Shown: piece after piece, positions 26,477-39,667 of the stretch | Layout: every line of letters starts with the position of its first letter | Numbering within the stretch: position 1 is the stretch's first letter | Origin: an uncultured Candidatus Binatia bacterium | GTDB taxonomy: Bacteria > Desulfobacterota > Binatia > UBA9968 > JAJDTQ01 | Length of the DNA stretch: 64,000 bases | Direction of reading: 5' to 3' | NCBI GenBank assembly: GCA_965204505.1 | Contig: CBDBFB010000002.1 | Coordinates: 2,370,778 to 2,434,777, forward strand | Program-made: the position numbers and the translations under genes | The notes under the pieces: model-generated | Databases searched by the model: none | What the model was told of the DNA's origin: nothing | Seen by the model: the letters and a program-made list of their open reading frames with translations, nothing else

Positions 26477-26779
26477 TGCGACATACGCTCGATCCAACAA
26501 GAGTCTGGCGGCGGAAGGCGGCGGTTGCGCAGAAAGGCGTCGGTCAAAGGTGCGCGAGGCGCACACTCGCAGCCCGCTGCGTGGGGTGTGAGAACCAGAG
26601 CCCGCGCAGGCGGTCAGGAACGAAGAAACCCGGGGCACACGCGAAGGGGAACGGACGCCGGAGAACCCGGCGGCGGGGAGCCGCCACGGCGATTGAGTGG
26701 CGAGAGTGCGGGAGGTAGTGAAGGCGGTCGTGTCGAGCACACTGACGGAGGGGATGGCAGTAGCGCTGACACAAGTGCA

Positions 26780-27240
26780 CGGGGTAGTGCGGAAGCCGGT
26801 GACGGGCGAGCCTGCACCGGGCGACGCGGAACGCGGAGCGGCAGCGCCGACGACGAGCGCAGCGAGTCGGACGGCACGAGCGATGCGATGACGCCGGAGG
26901 CGACGAGCCGAGCCGACACCCGATCGGTTCGAAGTGAATCGGCGCAGTGGTCGAGGTGCTGCACGGTCCTGGACATCACCGACATGTTGACCGGCGCTGT
27001 CGTGATCGGCGGTCGGCAGCACGCGGCGGGGAGCACTGAAGGCGGTGACGGCAGACGTGCGGAGCACGCTGTCGGCGTCGCCTTCAGCGGCGAGGACACC
27101 GGAGGAGGACGTGATGCGGAAGCCGATGACGGGCGAAGCCCGCACCCGGCGACGCGAACGCAGAGCGTTGATGTCGGCGACGAGCGTAGCGAGACGGACG
27201 GCATGAGCGGGGCGATGCTGCCGAAGGCGGCGAGCCGTGT
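26780..27240. repeat. Two imperfect direct repeats of about 130 bp (26780-26910 and 27108-27240) in a non-coding, repeat-rich spacer
   Basis: gtgcggaagccggtgacgggcgagcctgcaccgggcgacgcggaacgc... versus gtgatgcggaagccgatgacgggcgaagcccgcacccggcgacgcgaacgc... A third short repeat cgtggtggagatgaagg sits at 27278 and 27500. Confidence 0.5.
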
Positions 27241-27629
27241 CACGCGTCGAGGCACGGTGGTCAAGCTGGAGCACCGTCGTGGTGGAGATGAAGGGCGCCA
27301 TCTTCAGCGACGGCGACGTGAAGACCGGTGACGGCCAGAGCCGCACCAGCGAGGCGCAGGCGGGAGGACGGACCGGTCCGAAGGCGGGGGGAGGCCCACG
27401 TCGCCGAGTGGCCTAGGGTAGGCGCGAAGCGGGTACTCGGCGACGTGGGCCGTGGGGAGGGGTCCCGCCTAGCACACCGCGGGCATTGTCCTCATGGTCA
27501 GCGTGGTGGAGATGAAGGCGTGAGGAAGGGTGGCGGAGCTGTAGCGTAGCGAAGCGACGCGCGGGCGGAAGCGAGCTGTCGGAAAGGGGCCGCGCCAACG
27601 AGTGACGCGACCCCTTGGTGTGTGCGGAA

Positions 27630-28382
27630 TCAGGCAGCGATCTGTTCGATCTTCTGTACCGGTATCCCCAGCTGGCGGGCCTTGTCGACGAGGTTGTCGG
27701 TGATGCCGGAGCCGGGGAACGCGATGACGCCCTTGGGCAGGAGGTTGAGGAGGTCGTCGTTGCGGCGGAACGGAGCGGCCCGTCCGTGGCGGTCCCAGTC
27801 GGGCTTGCAGACGACCTGGTGGACGCCGCGCTGCTCGGCCCAGCTCGCCGCGATGCGCTCGACGCCGGGGCCGCCGCCGTGCACCAGCACCATGTCCGCA
27901 TACTTCGCACGGACCTTGTCGAGCCTGTTGAAGACCGCGGCGGGGTCCGTGACGTCCTTGCCGCCGGTGACCGCGACGAGGGTTCCTTCGGGCAGGTGGG
28001 CCTGGGTCTTGCGGTCCTTGCGAGCGCGCATGAAGTCACGGGCGTCGATGGCTGCGGAGGTGAGCTTGCCGGTCTGGCTGGTGTGCGATCCGTTGCGGGG
28101 CCGCCAGGTCTGTCCGGTCGCGTTCAGGTAGTCCTCGGCTGCCGCATCGCGCATCTTCTCGAAGGCGTCGCGGCGAGCTGAGAGGTTCTGCACCCGGTCG
28201 GTCGTGAGTTCGAGCTCGCGGGACTTGATCTCGGAGCCGTCCTGCTCATGCTGAAGGTCGCGCAGGCCGGGGATGAGGCGGTCTGCCGTGCGGTCGAGGC
28301 GCTGGGTCTGAGCGTCGATTTCCTCGATAGAGGGTTTCCTACCGGGCCGACGCAGGCCGATGCGAGTCGTGCGGTAGTCCAT
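27630..28382 (-). CDS. DUF2493 (SLOG/YspA-like Rossmann) domain protein, typical of conjugative/mobilisable elements
   Basis: C-terminal VLVHGGGPGVERIAASWAEQRGVHQVVCKPDWDRHGRAAPFRRNDDLLNLLPKGVIAFPGSGITDNLVDKARQLGIPV matches the DUF2493 pattern. Confidence 0.55.
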   Translation of the reverse strand: MDYRTTRIGLRRPGRKPSIEEIDAQTQRLDRTADRLIPGLRDLQHEQDGSEIKSRELELTTDRVQNLSARRDAFEKMRDAAAEDYLNATGQTWRPRNGSHTSQTGKLTSAAIDARDFMRARKDRKTQAHLPEGTLVAVTGGKDVTDPAAVFNRLDKVRAKYADMVLVHGGGPGVERIAASWAEQRGVHQVVCKPDWDRHGRAAPFRRNDDLLNLLPKGVIAFPGSGITDNLVDKARQLGIPVQKIEQIAA

Positions 28383-28570
28383 AACCTATTGATTTATAGA
28401 ATGAAATACTGACCGCATACAAACAGGTGGCAGGCTTGGAGATTCAGCGCGAGATCGTCGATTCAACACTATTTCAACACCGATGCCGGGGCTCATAACC
28501 CGGTGCAACCGTGTCCCTCCATGGCGCGAAATCGCGAACCTCAATGTCTCTTTTGGGTAGACGCGCGGGG

Positions 28571-28921
28571 CTAGAGAAGTTTGACGAGGGCGACGATCAG
28601 GCCGCCCTGGGCGATCAGCGCGCCGAACAGCCATTTCACAAGGTCGGCCTTCACCGACTCGATGGCTGCTTTAGTCTCCTGCCTCAGGGCTTCGATGCCG
28701 GCCTCGACCCTAGCGATGTCGGCCTTGGTTTCCTGCCTCAGGGCTTCGATGGCTGTCCTGGTTTCGTGCCGCAGGGCTTCGACATCGGCCTTGGTGGCGA
28801 GGTTCGCGTTGAGGAGGGCGACGTGTTCTTCGGCGAGAGTCTCGGCCTGCTTCTCGGTAAAGCCGCTCTCGGTAAGGCGCTTGACGAAGCGATGAGTGTC
28901 GAACGCGATGGCCTCGGCCAT
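28571..28921 (-). CDS. DUF1640 family coiled-coil protein with C-terminal membrane anchor
   Basis: MAEAIAFDTHRFVKRLTESGFTEKQAETLAEEH...LATKADVEALRHE... then hydrophobic WLFGALIAQGGLIVALVKLL. Confidence 0.6.
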   Translation of the reverse strand: MAEAIAFDTHRFVKRLTESGFTEKQAETLAEEHVALLNANLATKADVEALRHETRTAIEALRQETKADIARVEAGIEALRQETKAAIESVKADLVKWLFGALIAQGGLIVALVKLL

Positions 28922-29152
28922 GGTTCGATCATAACAACCCCACCGGCGCAGGACAAGGCCAATCGGTACTGGCTACTGTTTCAGTTTGGGAAGCAGGTTC
29001 CAAGTATGATGCGGGATCTACTTTTCCTGTTTTGGCCCCGTGGCCGCGCCAAGGCTGATCTCCCTTGGGAGGATATTCTGATGGCGCAAGGTTCTCTTGA
29101 GGCCCGGGACATGACCGGTTCGCTCCTCCCGCCAGGGTCGTAGCCCTGGACA

Positions 29153-29425
29153 CTAACGCAACCAGTCCCGAAGCGCCCTCGCGGCCTTGAACGACGGAGC
29201 CTTCGACGCGGCGATAGTGACACTCTCTCCCGTCCGCGGATTCCTCCCCGTCCGCGCTGGCCGGCTCTTCGTCGAGAACCTGCCGAACCCGGTGACCGAC
29301 ACCGTGTCCCCGTTCGCAAGAGCGTCCCGGATAACCTCGAATACCGCGTTGACCGCGCTCTTCGCTTGGGCCTTTGTCAGCGGGGCGCGGCCGGCAACGT
29401 GGGCCGCGATATCGGATTTCCTCAT
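29153..29425 (-). CDS. HU/IHF-family nucleoid-associated DNA-binding protein
   Basis: MRKSDIAAHVAG..LTKAQAKSAVNAVFEVIRDALANGDTVSVTGFGRFSTKSRPARTGRNPRTGESVTIAASKAPSFKAARALRDWL, 90 aa, SD GGAGGGAG. Confidence 0.85.
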   Translation of the reverse strand: MRKSDIAAHVAGRAPLTKAQAKSAVNAVFEVIRDALANGDTVSVTGFGRFSTKSRPARTGRNPRTGESVTIAASKAPSFKAARALRDWLR

Positions 29426-30072
29426 GCTCGCTCCCTCCTGAACGGCATTCCTTCCCGATGGACGGCGACAGCGCATCCTCATGTTTCCGGTCAACCGTAG
29501 CGCCGCGCGTGTTCGCACCGCAAGTCCAGACGCCTGAACGCCGACGTGACCGTGACCGCCGTCACTTCCGCTAGGCAAGCGTTGCAGCGTTTCGGCGACG
29601 CCCGTGTCGTCCTCAAGGACATCCTGCACCTCGACTCCGACAAGGACGTACCGGGCATGCCGTCGCGGCACGGCCGCACCACTTTGTTCACTGACGACTT
29701 TTGGAATGTCCGGCACATCTGCACCACTGCCTGCAGTAACGCTTGAGTGAGTGTAGCTGCCGCGTACCGCTCGGCCAGACACTGGCTCGACGGTGACGGT
29801 CGCGGCGGCGGTGTTTGCCGTCAACATCGGCTCGCGCCCCGTGCAGCGCCGCGCCGCCGTTGCGACGACGGATTCGACGCCCCGGCTGTGAGCATCGTCG
29901 TCACCGCGCTGCACACGGGCATCGACCCGAATGTCCTGGCCGGTGCCAACCTCGCGCGGCGCATCTCCGTTGCCGTCTGCGTCCGCTTCGCCGCCCGCGC
30001 GGTCGCCGCCGACAATGGCTCGCTCCGGGCTGCTGTAAGTCGATTGTAAGCGCTTGTAAGTGGTTTGTATGA

Positions 30073-32054
<1,982 letters not shown>

Positions 32055-32114
32055 CAGCGTCGCAGCGTGTAACACGGGAAAGTTTTCTTGGGAATCGCCG
32101 ATTCTCTCGAGTAA

Positions 32115-33530
32115 CTACGCTGCTGCCGGTGCGCCGTTGGGCATTTCTTCGTTGACGGCGGCCTGGACAAGCCGGTAGCCGAGAGTCCGGGCCTTTCGGT
32201 TGAGGTTGGCGAAGGTGCGATCGATGCGCCGCTTCTCATAGGCGTCCATGCCCTTCTCGACGTATTCCTCGCCCCGCGTCACCATCAGGTAGATGAGGCA
32301 GGCGAGCTCGCGCGCGGTTGCGGTGATGGCGACGGCCGCGTCCTTGCGGGCGAGACGGGCGCGGTGTTTGGCGCCGATGAAGGTCTGGCTCCTTCGCGCT
32401 CCCAAGGCGGCCATCCGAAGCGCCTGCGCGACCGGGTTGACCACCTTGGGCGCCCGGCCCGGCAATGGCTTGCCGCCGCTGATCCGGGTCCCCGGCGCCA
32501 CCCCCAGCCAGGAGCAGAAGTGCTGGGCGGAAGGGAAGGCGGAGAAGTCCGGGCCGATCTCCGAGGCGATGGTCAGGACGGTTCCGGTGCCGACGGTCGG
32601 GATCGCGGTGAGGTCGACGCCCATCAGCTCGTGCAGGGCCATGGTCAAGGCCCTGTCGCCGGCCGCAGACTTCTTGCCTCCGGTGCGCGACAGCGTCTTC
32701 CAGCCTTCGCCGGACGATCCGTCACCAGAGCCTTCGTCCCCGGATGAGCTGCCGCCTGGCGGCGTCAGGCGCTCGATCTGCGCCGCGATCTGTCCCTCGC
32801 AGGCCTCGATCTGCTGTTCGAGGAAGTCGTAGCGCTGCATGGCCTGCTCCAGCGCGAACAGGTGCTCCTCGCGCCAGGTGCCCTCCAGGCTTGCGGCGAT
32901 CATCTCAACGCTGGCCTTGACCCGCCAGTTCCGGAACGACGCCAGACGCCGCGGGTCGCGCTCGCCGCCGATGATCGCCCGCAGGATCTTCTGTCCGGTC
33001 TCGCCCATGATGTCGGCCAGCACCGAGTCCAGCCGGACGTTCATCTCGGTCAGCGCCTTCTGCATGTGCTGCACGCAACGCGCGCGGTCCTCGATCAGCC
33101 GCTTCGCCTGCCGCACGTAGGAGCGGAGCGGGCACACCGCATCCCCGGGACGGAAGGCGCCCCGCAGAAGCCCGTAGGACAGCAGCTGCCAGATCCACTG
33201 GCAATCGAGCACGTCGCTCTTGCGCCCGGCGATCTGCTTCGTCATCCGCGGCGGCACCAGCAACACCTCGAAGCCCGCGCGCTCCAGCACCTCGTACACC
33301 GGGATCCAGTACACCGAGGTCGATTCCATCGCCACCTTCTTCACCCCGCACGACCCCAGCCAGGCCGCCATCGCCTTCAGGTCCCGTGTGAAGGCGTCGA
33401 ACGACCGGACCGGCTCCGCACAGCGCTCCGGATCCACCGCCACAAAGTGACGGTCCTTGCCGATGTCGATCCCCGCGCAGTCCGGGTTCACCACCTTCAG
33501 ACGCTCCGTCCTCTTGCTCTTCCGTGGCAT
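32115..33530 (-). CDS. IS110-family transposase (IS1111-like subgroup)
   Basis: MPRKSKRTERLKVVNPDCAGIDIGKDRHFVAV... and ...GVDLTAIPTVGTGTVLTIASEIGPDFSAFPSAQHFCSWLGVAPGTRISGGK... SD gggagga. Confidence 0.8.
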   Translation of the reverse strand: MPRKSKRTERLKVVNPDCAGIDIGKDRHFVAVDPERCAEPVRSFDAFTRDLKAMAAWLGSCGVKKVAMESTSVYWIPVYEVLERAGFEVLLVPPRMTKQIAGRKSDVLDCQWIWQLLSYGLLRGAFRPGDAVCPLRSYVRQAKRLIEDRARCVQHMQKALTEMNVRLDSVLADIMGETGQKILRAIIGGERDPRRLASFRNWRVKASVEMIAASLEGTWREEHLFALEQAMQRYDFLEQQIEACEGQIAAQIERLTPPGGSSSGDEGSGDGSSGEGWKTLSRTGGKKSAAGDRALTMALHELMGVDLTAIPTVGTGTVLTIASEIGPDFSAFPSAQHFCSWLGVAPGTRISGGKPLPGRAPKVVNPVAQALRMAALGARRSQTFIGAKHRARLARKDAAVAITATARELACLIYLMVTRGEEYVEKGMDAYEKRRIDRTFANLNRKARTLGYRLVQAAVNEEMPNGAPAAA

Positions 33531-35878
33531 CTCAAGTCCTCCCGCCTTGTGTTGTGCCGGGGAGGAACCACACGGCGAAATCTCAATCTCTCGAACGAGG
33601 TCGCGGCCAAGCCGCGCCATCAGTGACAAAAGCCGATCGTGGTTCGGGCCAAGCTCCAGAACGGGTGCCTGTGCACGCCATTGAACCGACGGCCTCGACT
33701 CCCCGGCCACCGTCACTTCACCGCATCACCGCCCCCCGGTGCAAGCCCCGGTTACTTTCGCGACTAAGCCGCCGCGTCGCGCGGGGGTGCCCGCTCCGGA
33801 GAATCTTCGCCGCCAGCCCTGCGCTTTCGCTGCCACAACTGCTTCCTTGCATTGACGCCTCAGGACCGCCCGCGATCCACGGCTTCGGCCGGGTATGCTC
33901 TGACCTCTCCCTCCCGCTCAAGTGCCGCTCGGGCTAACCCGTTGATATCCAGCGTCTTTTGTGCCCCCATCGCCGATGTCCCGCCATGCGGTTCCGTCTC
34001 TACGGCGGAGCCGGTATTCTTCCACACCTGCCGCACCATGGTGCCTGTCGTGCCTTGTCTGCGACCGGGTGCGCTCCCTTGCGCAGGTCGAGCCCCTCCG
34101 ACCCGCTCGCACCATGGAAAAGGTGTGTTCTCTCCGTAACACGGGCGTATACCGATCGTGTACCGGTCCAAACACACGCCTGCGATTTCAAGGACTTGGC
34201 GGACTCCAGGCTGCAACGCAAAAGCGACGCAAGGCCATTCACCCTGGCGAAATCCTCCAGCTTGTATCCTACGGGTGATCCGGGCGGTCGCGCCCGCCAG
34301 CGACCGGCAGCGGCTTTTCCATGACAGCCCCGGCGTGACGAGGATGCTCGGACGAGGCGCGGTCGCAGGCTTGCATGCTCAAGGCCATGAACCCCGCCGC
34401 GTGAGCGCCCTCGCGCGCTAGAGTACGGAGCATCGGACGAATGCGCTGGAGAATCCGCTGCCGGGATCGCGGTTCCCTGGGGAACCCAACCGTGCAGACG
34501 AACGACAGGCTGCGCACGGGCATGAACTGCGGCGGGCCGCTGAGCCCGGGAGCGGGAGGGGGGCGGTGGAATGCCCCGGCCCCGGCCCGGTGGCGATGCC
34601 GGGGTTCCCCGAATCGATCCGGGGATGGGTCTCTCTCGCCGGCGACGGCCTCGGGGCTGGCCGCGAGGAGGGAGGGTGTCTACAGTTCGAGGTCCACGTC
34701 GAGCAGCTTTTCTTCCGGTTCGCGCGCCTCTTCCTGTACGGGCTCGCGGTCCGGTCCACGTGAGCGGTCCTCCTCGGGTTCGGTTTCCCGTTCCGGGTCC
34801 CAGGATTCGAGACCGTCCGCGTCCCGTCCGGCACTCCGTTCCGGCGATTTCAGGTCGTCCTCCCAGTCGAGGTCATGCCCCGGTTGATGCCCGCCCCCGT
34901 GTCCCGCGTCCGGCTGAAGCTCGGGTTCGTACTCGCGATCGATGCGGTCCACGTGGCCGGCGTCCCGCTCTTCGGGCGGTTCGAGGCCCAACTCCATCTC
35001 GTGCGCGGCTTCTCTGGCGACTCCATCCAACGCCGAGATCCGCTCTCCAGTCGCTCTCTCCAGTTGTTCGGAGAGCTTCCTGGCATCGTCTGTGACCAGC
35101 TCGGCATGGTCCCGTGCGCGGCTGATGGCCACGTAGAAGGCTTTCTGGTTGGTCAGGTTCGGATTGCCGGCGGGCATTGCGGCAACGATATGGTCTACGG
35201 TCCTGCCCTGAAAAGCATGCACCGTATTCGCCCAGGCCCTGTCCATGTGGCGGAGTTGCGGGTCGTCTTCGTCCAGTCCGGCTTCCTTTCCGTTCTCCAG
35301 CCGGAACCGGACTCCCTCCTTTTCGATGGATTCCACCTCCGCTGTCTCGCCGTTCACGAGTTCCGAGCCTGGATCGTTGCGCGTCCACCGGACCCAATCG
35401 CCCGCCCGGAGCTCCATCTCCTCGCTCCTGTAGACCTCCACGCCGCCCTTGGCGGCGGCAATCCGGTACGGCCGCCAGGCCACAAGATCCCCACCGCCGC
35501 CGTCCAGCCAGACCGTGTTGCGCTGGTAGTCGACCCGCGCGACCTCGCGCTCGTCTCCTTTTTCCACCCCGAGCGTCCTGTACTGCCGGTTGAAGATCAC
35601 CGTGTCTCCGGCCGAGTAGTTGGAGGCCCGGGCCATCTCCGCCCGGGTCAGGCCCCTCGGCACGAGCTTCTTGCCCTGGCGGGCGGGACCCGAGACCGCG
35701 CCTTCGGCGATCAGATTCTCGCGGACCCTCGTGTTGATCTCGTCCCGCAGAGCCCGAGTTGGGGCGATCACCCCTGCTGCCGTGCGTTGCTCGGGAGACA
35801 GTTTCAGCCAGCGTTCGGCGGCTTCGAGGCCGATGTCCTCCCGTTCCACCTGCACAACCCGGTCGCCGAGCTTCTCGA

Positions 35879-37864
35879 GTGCGCCGTGCAAGGCGCCATC
35901 CCTTAGCGGGTTGCGAGACCCGCCCGGCAACTGTCGCTCCAGCCGGTAGCAGTCGGAGCGGACGATGGAGGTAACGACATGGTTTGAAGCACTCCGATGA
36001 AACGGGCCGCCTTGGGCGGCTCAGCGACCATGCGGGCCGCAACGCGAGTGAACGCCGAGCAGGCCTCGAAACTGGCAACGCGGAAGCCGACCCGCCTCGA
36101 GTACGGGAAAGGCTGCCATCGGCCGGGAAGCGAGCGACACACGCACCGGCCGGTTCCGCCGGGGTATTGGCGGCGGCACGCATGGAAGAAGGGGATGGAC
36201 GCAACACGGGAAGCCCCGGCGGTGGCGTAGCACGCGCCAACCGACAACCCGCGAGGGATGGGTCGGGCCGTTCGGGGTGGCGGAGAGGTCCGTAGTACCG
36301 CGGAAGCCGGGTAATGCCGGTGGAGGGAAGGGGCCTTGGTTCGAGAGCAGCGTTTGGAAGGAGGAAGGGACATGGGGACTGGCGAGAGCCTATCCGACCC
36401 GGAAAAGGTCCGGAGACTCCAGACGGCGCTACATGCGAAAGCGAAGGAGGCCCCGGGCTTTCGGTTCTACTCACTGAGCGACAAGGTGTGGCGCGCCGAC
36501 GTGATGGCGGTCGCCTGGCAGGAGGTCCGCCGCAATGGCGGAGCCGCCGGGGTGGACGGTCAGACGGTAGCGGACATCGAGGCGCAAGGCGTGGAGCGGT
36601 GGCTTGGGGAACTGAGGCGGGACCTGAAGGCGGGAACCTATCGGCCCGAGGCGGTCCGGCAGGTTCTCATACCAAAGAAGCAGCGTGGGAAGTTGCGGCC
36701 CCTGGGCATTCCCTGCATACGGGACAGGGTGGCGCAGACGGCGGCGATGCTAGTGCTGTCGCCGATCTTCGAGGCCGACCTGCAACCGGAACAGTATGCC
36801 TACAGGCTGGGCCGGAGCGCGAATGATGCTGTCAGGCGCGTACACCGGCTGTTGAACACGGGCCACCGCGAGGTGGTGGACGCGGATCTAACGGACTACT
36901 TCGGCCAGATTCCGCACGCCGAACTGCTCAAGTCCGTCGCCCGGCGCGTGAGCGACGGGCGGATGCTGGGCTGGGTTAAGGCGTGGCTTGAGATGGCGGT
37001 CGAAGAAGACGACGGCAAGGGCGGCAAACGCCGTACGAACCGGGCGCGTCGCGAGAGGAAGGGAACCCCTCAAGGTTCTCCGATCTCCCCGTTGCTCTCC
37101 AACATCTACATGCGCCGCTTCATACTGGGCTGGAAGGTGCTGGGCCATGCCCGGCGCTTCAAGGCGGAAGTCGTCAACTATGCCGACGACCTGGTTGTGC
37201 TCGGCAAATCGTCGTCAGCGGAAATGCTGGCGGTGGTCGAGAACCTGATGGAACGGCTGAAACTGACGGTCAATGCCGAGAAGACCCGATGCTGCCGGGC
37301 GCCGGAGGACTCGTTTGAGTTCCTTGGCTATCGGATTGGACGCAACTACCGCCCGCACGGGAAGGGGAGCTACATCGGCACCCGGCCCAGCAAGGCGAGC
37401 GTCCAGAGCATCTGCCGCAGGATTAGCGAACTAACGGAACCCCGCTATGGGCTCCTGGACCAGGAGGTCGTGGCCGAACGGCTCAATCGACTGATGCTCG
37501 GGTGGTCAAAGTACTTCATCCTGGGCCAGGTCGAGCCGGCCTATGCCGCGATCGACAGGCACGCTATCAAGCGGCTGCTCCAGTGGCGGCGTCGCAAGCA
37601 CAAGGTGAGAGCCCGTAATTATGTGCAATACGGGTACGAGCAGCTCTGGACTGAGCACGGTCTCATCCGCCTTGCACCGCGAGCGACACGCTTTCCGTGG
37701 GCGAAGGCATGATCTCGTCCGAGAGCCGTGTGCGGGAAAACCGCACGCACGGTTCGATGAGCGGGGACTGGAAACGCGGCCAAGGGAGCCGGACTGAGGC
37801 CCGGAGCGAAAGCGACGGACAAGCCACCGGACCCTAAAGCTGGCGCGCCAGTCCTCGACTCTAC
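35879..37864 (+). mobile_element. Group II intron (copy 2, 1986 bp) inserted antisense in the relaxase gene
   Basis: 5' GTGCGCCGTGCAAGG and 3' ...cctcgactctAC. Identical to 39668-41653. Confidence 0.75.
36372..37712 (+). CDS. Group II intron reverse transcriptase/maturase
   Basis: 446 aa from MGTGESLSDPEKVRRLQTALHAKAKEAP. YADD present. About 75-80% identical to the 30562-31902 protein. Confidence 0.85.
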   Translation: MGTGESLSDPEKVRRLQTALHAKAKEAPGFRFYSLSDKVWRADVMAVAWQEVRRNGGAAGVDGQTVADIEAQGVERWLGELRRDLKAGTYRPEAVRQVLIPKKQRGKLRPLGIPCIRDRVAQTAAMLVLSPIFEADLQPEQYAYRLGRSANDAVRRVHRLLNTGHREVVDADLTDYFGQIPHAELLKSVARRVSDGRMLGWVKAWLEMAVEEDDGKGGKRRTNRARRERKGTPQGSPISPLLSNIYMRRFILGWKVLGHARRFKAEVVNYADDLVVLGKSSSAEMLAVVENLMERLKLTVNAEKTRCCRAPEDSFEFLGYRIGRNYRPHGKGSYIGTRPSKASVQSICRRISELTEPRYGLLDQEVVAERLNRLMLGWSKYFILGQVEPAYAAIDRHAIKRLLQWRRRKHKVRARNYVQYGYEQLWTEHGLIRLAPRATRFPWAKA

Positions 37865-39667
37865 ACGCGGTCTTCACCTCGCCTGCCAGGCCCGCCCGCA
37901 CCGCTTCCTTGAGCTCCATGTCGCGCTGGCGAAGGATCTCGTCCATCACCGCGGTCTGCATTCCGGCGCGCCTGAGTTGCTCGAATGGCTTCCCCGCCTC
38001 CACCGCCCCGAGCTGCTTCTCGTCCCCGACCAGCACCACCCGAGGGACCCGGAGCGTGGTCGCGGCCTTGAGGAGATCCCGCATCTGCTCGCTCGACGCG
38101 AGCGATGACTCGTCCACCACCAGGACCGTCCTCGAGAACGAGGCGCGCAACTGGCGCAGACCCTTCACCGTGCCCCGGCCCTCGATGACTCCCGCGTGGC
38201 GGGCCAGGAACCGTTGCAGAGTCTCCGATTCGATTCCGGATTCCTGGGAGAGCGTGCGCGCGGCCGACGCCGAAGGCGCAAGGCCCACCGCCCGGTAGTC
38301 GCGGCTCTCCGCCAGCGTCCGAAGCCGCTTCAGCATCGTCGTCTTGCCCGTTCCCGCATAGCCCTGCACTCCCACCACGCGGTCTTTCGATGCGAGCACC
38401 ATCCTGACCGCTTCCTTCTGCCCCTTGTTGAGACGTCCTCCGTGGAGCTTCGTCTCCGCAATCCAGCGCCGCATGATCGCCTTCCCCGAGCCCTGGCCCG
38501 CGTGCATCAGCGCGATGGCCTCGGACTCGCGCCCGATTGCCGCGTCCGTGGTCCAGTGCCTGCCGTGATCCAGACCCCTGGCGGCGTGCAGTCCGCCCTC
38601 GCGTTCGAGGTCCGAGACGGCCCGTTCCGCCGCCTCCACCGTGACCGCGCCCGGCTCCCGGGACAGTGCAGCCGCCAGGAGGTCCCCATGGCCGAACACC
38701 GCCTGGCGTTCGGAAAGGTGCTCGACCGCCCAGGTTGCCGCCTCCGCGGCAGGCTGTCCCCGGTCCGTGAACAGGTCCGGCGCCGGGAGTTCTCGTTCCG
38801 CCTTGCGCGCCTTAGCCCGCACCGCCTCCGCCGAAAACCCCATCTCCGCGGCCTGGCGCTCCCAGGACCGGCGCAGTTCGCCCCGTTCCACGTCGCGCTT
38901 CGCCGCCCGCGTCATCAGCGTGGCCCGCGCCGCCAGGTGCGGGTTGTCCCCCGTCCCGCCCAGGCCGTGCTCTCTCATCGCCGCCTCGATCTCCGACCGC
39001 CGCGTCGAGAACTCCTCGATCACCTCCCGTGATACCCCGGCGATCTCGAACCGCCCGTCCGGGTGCGTCTTCTCTATCCCGTACCCGAGATCCCGGAGCC
39101 CTTGCGCCAGCTCCGCCCGGTAGATCGCTCCGATCGTCATCTTGCCCTTGAAGAGCCCGTCGTCCACCATTGTGCGCCACCTTTGATCCTCGCCTTGCAC
39201 CATGTTGGCGACAACGGCATGAGTGTGGAGTTGAGGGTCCAGGTTGCGGGAGGTGTCGTGGCGGAAGGTCGCCGCCACCATCTTCTGGCCGCCGGCCCGG
39301 ACCATCGCGCCCGTCTCCCGGTCCTGCATCCGGGTCTCGACGGCATTCTTCTCGATCCACGCCAACGTCCTGCCCACTGCCCTGTCATGGGCGTCCACGA
39401 TCCGCTCGTCTCCGCCCACCAGCGCCATGAGCGACACCGACTTGGGTGCGGACAGCGTCACGTCACGGCCCGGACGGTGCTGAATGTTGCCGTCGAGGTC
39501 CTTGCGGCCGAGTTGGCGCTCGCCGGGTACCTTGCCCTCGAGGATGGCCCGGAACGCATCGGAGTCTACCGGGCCGGAGAGCCCGAGTTCTTCCGCGCCC
39601 CGGCCGGCCCAGGCGCTCGCTTCCTTGTGGGCGGGATCGTCTTTCCCGTAGTACCCATCCCTTTCGA

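Noticed and set aside
26354-27331. 325-aa ORF across the repeat-rich spacer
   Set aside because: The translation is Gly/Arg/Asp low-complexity that mirrors the underlying 130-bp direct repeats. There is no SD. I treated it as non-coding.
33531-34679. Several 80-140-aa ORFs between the IS110-family gene and the relaxase 3' end
   Set aside because: No SD, no motifs. They overlap one another in multiple frames and are likely non-coding or decayed.
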